Shown here piece by piece: positions 61,050-64,000 of a stretch of DNA of 64,000 bases. The notes under the pieces are model-generated. The model saw nothing but the letters and a program-made list of their open reading frames with translations, was not told where the DNA came from and made no database searches. The stretch is taken from positions 83,514,001-83,578,000 of the forward strand of contig NC_083283.1 of NCBI RefSeq assembly GCF_963506605.1, in the 5' to 3' direction. Within the stretch, counting starts at the first letter, position 1, and each line of letters opens with the position of its first letter. The stretch comes from Zootoca vivipara (Eukaryota). A program made the translations under genes and the position numbers.

Positions 61050-63473
61050 CTGAACCACATGTTGACTTTCCTCTGGATGACTTGGGACTCCTTCAGAATC
61101 ATTGGAACCCCTTGGATTCACCTGAGTGTTAGGAGGCTCCACAGAGAAGACAGGAAATAGGGGCCTGAGAAACTGGAACTCGCTGTTCAGAGACCCACCA
61201 GCTAAGCACACCTCATAGTTGTAAGCCTGAGATAGAGATCCAGCACCAGGATCCGCAGGGTTCTCCTGGGAATCTGGTCCCACTGGGAAATTGGCTGTGG
61301 AGTTGTAGGTTCCTATGAACTTTTCACGTTTCTGCAACTTGATTACAATAAATGCCACTACAGAAATGAGAAAGATGCTTGAGATGGCAGCCAAGCAGAT
61401 GATCAAATACATAGTCAGGTTGGGGTCTTCCTCCTCCGCTGTTTCCTCCTTTGGGAGAGCCACACTTTTCAGATAAGGGTCAGAGAAGCCGTCCACTAGA
61501 AGGATTCTGAGCGTGGCAGAGGTGGACTGGGGAGGATGTCCGTTGTCTCGGACGACCACAACCAGATTCTGCTTGAAGCTGTCTCGGTTACTGACTGGTC
61601 TCAGAGTGGTCACTTCTCCATTCTGGGCCCCCACCGTGAACAGACCCGGTTCTGTGGCCTTCAGCAGCTGATAGGAAAGCCAAGAGTTCTGAGCAGAATC
61701 CCTGTCCACAGCCACCACCTTGGTGACCAGGTAGCCAGTCTCTGCCCCTCGGGGAACCAGGTCATTCGAGGGGGAAGTGCCATTCTGGAGAGGGTAGAGG
61801 ATGAAGGGGGCATTGTCATTTTCATCCACAACTTGAACGTGGATCGTAACTTCTGAGCTCAGTGGAGGGGAACCTGAATCCACAGCCCTCACCGTCACAT
61901 GGAAATCTTTTACCTCCTCATAATCCAGAGACCGAATGGCATACAGGTTCCCCGTTTCAGAGTTGATGGAGATGTAAGAGGAAGTGGGGCCATCATTGAC
62001 CTTCCCAGGCAAAAGCGAGTAGGTCACTTTGGCATTCTGCGCTGTGTCCAGATCAACAGCATGGATGAAACCGATCAGAAGACCAGGAATATTGTTTTCT
62101 CTTAACTGCATTTCATAGAATGGCTTTTCAAACACTGGAGGGTTGTCATTGACATCTGAGATTTGCACATGAAGTATTCTTGTGGAAGTGAGTCTGGGAG
62201 AGCCCCTGTCTGTGGCTGTGATAGTAATGTTATATTCACAGACTTTTTCTCTGTCCAGTGGCTGTTGGGTCACCAGCTGGTAATAGTTGTTCTCTGTGGG
62301 TTTGAGCACGAATGGCAGGTTTACTTCAGTGGTGCAGGCAGTTCTGCCACTGTCTCCAGAGTCCACGTCTGTGACACTGAAGAGGGCCACCATTGTGTCT
62401 GGGGGAGAGTCCTCAGGTAAGGGACTGGTGATGGATGTGATGGTAATCTCTGGAGCATTGTCGTTCTCATCCTCAATCTCTACAAAGACTTTACAGTAAG
62501 CAGAAAGACCTCCTCCATCTGTGGCTCTGATGTTCATCTCATAATTTGTGCTTTCTTCATAATCAATTGTTGCTGCAGTAGTAAGTTCCCCGGTGTGTTT
62601 ATTTAACTTGAACATTCTCAACACATTTTCTGGCACTTGGCTGAATGAATAAGTGATATGTGCGTAGGAACCAATATCCCTATCAGTGGCTTCAACTCTT
62701 GTGACTAGTGTATCCAATGGGCTGTTTTCCATTAGTTTTACTTTGTACTCAGATTGTGGAAACTGAGGCAAGTTATCATTGTTATCCAGAACATCAATAA
62801 TAATTTGCACTGTTCCAGTTCTTTTGGGGATCCCCCCATCAATAGCTGACAGCGTAAGATACATGTGTGGATTCACCTCACGGTCCAGTGGTTTCTCTAA
62901 CACCAGTTCTGCGTATTTGCTACCATCACTTTGACTTTTCACATCCAGCCTAAAATGTTCATTAGGACTAAGAGTGTAGTTCTGAACAGCATTTTCTCCT
63001 TTATCTGGATCTTCTGCTCTTTCCAAAGGAAATCTGATACCCACAGGAGTCTGCTCAGGTATTTCAAAAATAAATTTATTCTTAGAGAATTTGGGGGAAT
63101 TATCATTCACGTCCTCTATCTGAACTTCTATTCTGTGTAACTTCCATGGTTCTTCCAGCACAATTTCAGACAGTAGAATACATGGTTCATTCTGACCACA
63201 CAGGGACTCTCGATCTATTTTATCCTTTACTGTCACATCCCCTGAATGAGGATCCAGCTGAAAATACTGCTTGGAGCCCTTAGAAACCAGCCGGGCTCTC
63301 CGAGCAGAGAGCTCCTTTGCATCCACTCTCAAATCTTTTAGCACATTCGCTACCAGAGACCCACTTTTCTCCTCCTCTGCCACTGAATAGCGGAAAGACT
63401 CACACATTGCTATGCATGCACAGAGATACAGGGAAAAAGACCAAACTTGCCTGATCTTGAGCTGCATTTCCAT
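61050..63473 (-). CDS. PCDHB: Protocadherin beta-like exon, subfamily A (A10)
   Basis: Intact ORF MEMQLKIRQV...; donor CAG|GTGAGT at 61050; read-through stop at 60957. Confidence 0.93.
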
Positions 63474-63693
63474 TCTCCCAGCCTCTCCTCTTGTCTATTC
63501 TAAGGCATGTATCTTCTTAACTGTATTTATCTTTTGAATGTGACACAGTGTCCTGCTTATTCCTACTGAAATTTCTGAAGACTGGCTTGCAGTAGGGATC
63601 TGGTGTTTTTCCTGCGCTGATTCCTTTGTCTAATGGCGACAGCTCTTGAGGAGAGCAACTGCTGCTCCCCAATTTCCTTCTTTTATCTTGTGC

Positions 63694-63713
63694 AATACCA
63701 CCACCTTGTGTTT
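63694..63713 (-). promoter_or_regulatory. CSE/CTCF-like site, A10 promoter
   Basis: AAACACAAGGTGGTGGTATT, identical to the A6 site; upstream region 63474..63870 is paralogous to 38031..38420 and 49386..49810. Confidence 0.7.
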
Positions 63714-64000
63714 CAACTATGTTATGGCGTTACAAAAACCAAAAGTTTTTCCAGAATAAGAGCTGGTTAACATGAGCATCCATGTTGGAAAACAGCCCCC
63801 CTAATGGAACAGAAACCCCATATTCCCAGCTTTATTTCTTTTTAAGAGTTTCTAGCATCTTTAGAACCTGAGAAATGAAATAAAACATATATTTTTCTTC
63901 TTTTGAGGAGGAGGATGATTTGGTGAGAAATTATAGTTTTATCACCGTACAGTATTTTACTTCCATGAATTCCCGCATACACGATATGGGCTGGATGATT

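Noticed and set aside
15677-63140. Recurrent plus-strand and alternate-frame ORFs inside the Pcdh exons (106, 68, 85, 70 and 211 aa families)
   Set aside because: They are shadows of the protocadherin coding frame; they recur because the exons are homogenised, and many start at non-ATG codons.

Overview
Vertebrate genomic DNA from a squamate, probably a lacertid lizard (lacertid-type Sauria SINE, Squam3-like SINEs, BovB LINEs). The window covers the beta/gamma boundary of the clustered protocadherin (Pcdh) locus, transcribed on the minus strand (right to left). It holds nine intact Pcdh-beta-type large exons that strictly alternate between two subfamilies (A at 63.5, 49.4, 38.0, 28.1 and 17.6 kb; B at 57.7, 44.9, 35.0 and 25.1 kb), followed by the first Pcdh-gamma-A-type variable exon (5.8-3.2 kb). 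Labels such as A10 and B9 are mine. Each exon has its own CTCF-like promoter element (CSE) about 180-270 bp upstream of the ATG. Main finding: all nine beta exons end in a phase-0 GT donor exactly 37 codons after the conserved FLRP motif. Between the last beta exon and the first gamma exon there is a strong phase-0 acceptor (12618) opening a 39-codon terminal ORF, followed by a ~2.4 kb AU-rich stretch ending in AATAAA. This is a candidate shared constant exon for the beta subcluster, which is classically described as having none. It is inferred from sequence only and needs RNA evidence. The remainder is intergenic DNA with many LINE, SINE, MITE and DNA-transposon remnants, several with clear target-site duplications and paralogous empty sites.
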